Origin: an uncultured Verrucomicrobiae bacterium
Lineage (GTDB): Bacteria > Verrucomicrobiota > Verrucomicrobiia > Limisphaerales > Palsa-1400
Direction of reading: 5' to 3'
NCBI GenBank assembly: GCA_963702845.1
Contig: OY969763.1
Location: 2,176,001 to 2,240,000, forward strand
Length of the DNA stretch: 64,000 nt
Part shown: positions 61,971 to 64,000 of the stretch, piece by piece
How positions within the stretch are numbered: the stretch's first letter is position 1
Layout of the letters: each line of letters opens with the position of its first letter
Translations under genes and position numbers: made by a program
The notes under the pieces: model-generated
What the model saw: only the letters and a program-made list of their open reading frames with translations
What the model was told of the DNA's origin: nothing
Databases searched by the model: none

Positions 61971-62744
61971 CTAGTGTCCGGCAGCCGCTTGCATTTGCGC
62001 GGCCAACTGCGGATTACTCCGCAGCAACTTCATTTGTTCGGTGACGTTTCGCGTTTCTGTCTTCCACGGATTTTTCACTGAGCCATTCCCGACACCACCG
62101 GGATTGCCAGCAGCACCGCCGCCAGCGTTCGATTCAAAAAGATGCGGAGCCTCTGCCGCTTGCGTGTTTACCCATTCCTCCAAAGTCAACGCCGCGACGC
62201 CATCTTTGCCGACACGCACCGTTTGCCCGTCGCTTTCAAATGCAGTGGGAACACCGTTCACCAGCTTGAAAACATTTCGGGCGCGGGAAGTGATGTCCGG
62301 GATTGCCGTTGCCCGAAGACCTCGCTTGCTCGCTGAAGCGATAACCCCCTGGTCGATCTGAATCGCCATCAACCGCGAATTGAGCGTGTCCCGTTCAGAA
62401 GTCACCGCCGTGAGTTGTTTGTCCCACTCGCCTTTTAGATTTTTGACCCGGTCACCAACGATGCGGTCGATCTCATCCGGCTTGTGGCCCTGTGCCAACA
62501 GTTCGAGCCTCTGCTTTTCTTCGCCAAGCTTGCGAACCTCATCGGGATCGATGCCTTCGAATTTCTTTCGCTGCTCTTCCAATTGCTTCAGCAGCGTCAC
62601 ATTGGTTTGGCGAAACTCATCCAACTTGCTTTTGTCCGCGACACCGTCAGCGTCCAATTGCCAAGCGCCATCACGCTCCGCGTAATGAGCAAGGAGCTCC
62701 GCCGGAATCTCCTCGCGTTTCTGGTATTTGAATTTCAATGGCAT
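61971..62744 (-). CDS. Capsid scaffolding protein
   Basis: Coiled-coil; EAPHLF...GGGA...KNPW...NVTEQ C-terminus; upstream of the capsid gene. Confidence 0.75.
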   Translation of the reverse strand: MPLKFKYQKREEIPAELLAHYAERDGAWQLDADGVADKSKLDEFRQTNVTLLKQLEEQRKKFEGIDPDEVRKLGEEKQRLELLAQGHKPDEIDRIVGDRVKNLKGEWDKQLTAVTSERDTLNSRLMAIQIDQGVIASASKRGLRATAIPDITSRARNVFKLVNGVPTAFESDGQTVRVGKDGVAALTLEEWVNTQAAEAPHLFESNAGGGAAGNPGGVGNGSVKNPWKTETRNVTEQMKLLRSNPQLAAQMQAAAGH

Positions 62745-62966
62745 AACTCGCCCGAAGGCGACTTCACCTTAGCACGATGTTTTTGAAGAATTTCCGGCGC
62801 GGAAAAACGCTGTGCATTCTACATGCAACGCGATGCCATCAAATGTTGTCGCGCGTCAGCAGCGGCACCCAGACACATTAAAAAAAGCGCAAATCGAAGT
62901 TGACAGATTTTCAAAACCTCAAAAAACACCTAGATAAGTGAATCCGACAGAAGAAGACGCCGCGAA

Positions 62967-63980
62967 TTAGGGGCGAGGGCGAACCCGTAACGATGACCGC
63001 TGAATCAAGTGTCCGTGCTTGCACTTGTACCGGGGGACACGGTCTCCCGGCAGTAAAGTGCCTTGTGTAACGTCATCGTGATTGAAGTAACGAAACGGCA
63101 CCGGATAGCGGGCATGTGGGTTGTGAAACAGATACAATCCATCGAGCAGGCTCTCACGATAATTCGCCTTCGTCGAATTGCGAAGAATCGGATCAGAACC
63201 TTCGGCATTGAAATGAAGGCTCGAAAAGAAAGTCATTTCATCATCCTCTGGGTTGAGAGCATGTACCTTACTCATCGTCGCTGTATTGCTGAACATAACC
63301 GCGCTAATCTCGGGCATTGATGGCTTCGCAAAAATCCCAAGTTCAATTTCCACTCCCGGTGCTTTTTCGACACTGCCTTTGAAACAATGCTCACCGCTAG
63401 CGCCAACACGATCGTAACCGTACAACACTTGGCGAATCGCATGATCGTTTTGAGCCCAAAAATATGGTTGTTCGAAAGGGCCGATAGCTAAGACAAACGG
63501 CCGCCTAATCACATGCGCCAACGAAGAGTACGAATCTAAATATTTCTTTCGTTTGCCATGAATAGCATTCGAAAGACGGATTGTTGCGGTTTTGAGTACC
63601 TCCTCCGGGTCCGGCGGCGGGAGCGGCGGCTTCATGTGACGCTCCCACTCAGCACTCTCTCCCCTCGCATTGCTGGCGATCACCGCTTCAATGCAAAACT
63701 CGTTCAAAAAGTTATCAATGACAAAATCCGGGGAACCGAAATCGAAATTCACGCGAAACCCAAGCTCCTTGCAACACGCAAAAACATAAAGTTCCCAGAA
63801 GGAGGAATTAAATGTCGTCTGAAATTCGCGAACGAACTTTCCGTCACGATCTATAAATCCGTCAGCCCAACCCCTAATAACAACACGCTCACCCTCGGCA
63901 GGCGAATCAAGCAGCGCCCGAAAATTCGGATGCAACTCTGAATCTGGCACGACCGGCGCGAACAAGTCCATAAGAGCCAA
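62967..63980 (-). CDS. Hypothetical protein with restriction-endonuclease-like motif
   Basis: DRDGKFVREFQTTFNSSFWELY, SPDF...IEAV; resembles proteins commonly labelled glycosaminoglycan attachment protein. Confidence 0.6.
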   Translation of the reverse strand: MALMDLFAPVVPDSELHPNFRALLDSPAEGERVVIRGWADGFIDRDGKFVREFQTTFNSSFWELYVFACCKELGFRVNFDFGSPDFVIDNFLNEFCIEAVIASNARGESAEWERHMKPPLPPPDPEEVLKTATIRLSNAIHGKRKKYLDSYSSLAHVIRRPFVLAIGPFEQPYFWAQNDHAIRQVLYGYDRVGASGEHCFKGSVEKAPGVEIELGIFAKPSMPEISAVMFSNTATMSKVHALNPEDDEMTFFSSLHFNAEGSDPILRNSTKANYRESLLDGLYLFHNPHARYPVPFRYFNHDDVTQGTLLPGDRVPRYKCKHGHLIQRSSLRVRPRP

Positions 63981-64000
63981 TGCTACCTGAGGAAATTTCA

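Larger units (their letters stand above)
45356..64000. mobile_element. tRNA-Thr-integrated prophage-like element (continues past window end)
   Basis: att fragment, integrase, defence operon, capsid module. Confidence 0.8.

Overview
Bacterial chromosomal window, probably Verrucomicrobiota (Pedosphaera/Limisphaerales-like). That placement is inferred from PSD1/DUF1553-DUF1501 genes, Ig-domain proteins with the S-T/S-D/N-L-x-x-W C-terminal motif, and the REP types. Housekeeping blocks (lepB, tRNA-Val, trmL-truA-ruvX-hemL-purH; xfp-ackA; trxC; rarA with 6S RNA; nucleotide-sugar genes; moaDE) flank two accessory regions. (1) Between purH and xfp (~6.7-22.65 kb) there is an orphan Mu-like terminase pair and an integrase-less, integron-like array. 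Four near-identical ~110-bp platforms encode a 19-aa leader peptide, and three end in a GTTRRRY core. Each is followed by 1-2 passenger genes, and four of these genes are bounded by exactly complementary core/inverse-core heptamers. The units are separated by displaced copies of the xfp 3' end, and an IS110-family element sits in one attC remnant. This is the best candidate for an undescribed system. (2) From 45.36 kb to the window end is a tRNA-Thr-integrated element. It carries a tyrosine integrase, a SNF2-helicase/DUF4365/DUF1156-methylase/RhuM/DUF499-ATPase defence operon, and a convergent phage head module with no tail genes before the att end. Several frameshifts in conserved genes suggest residual indel sequencing errors. 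All family assignments are from motif recognition, not database searches.
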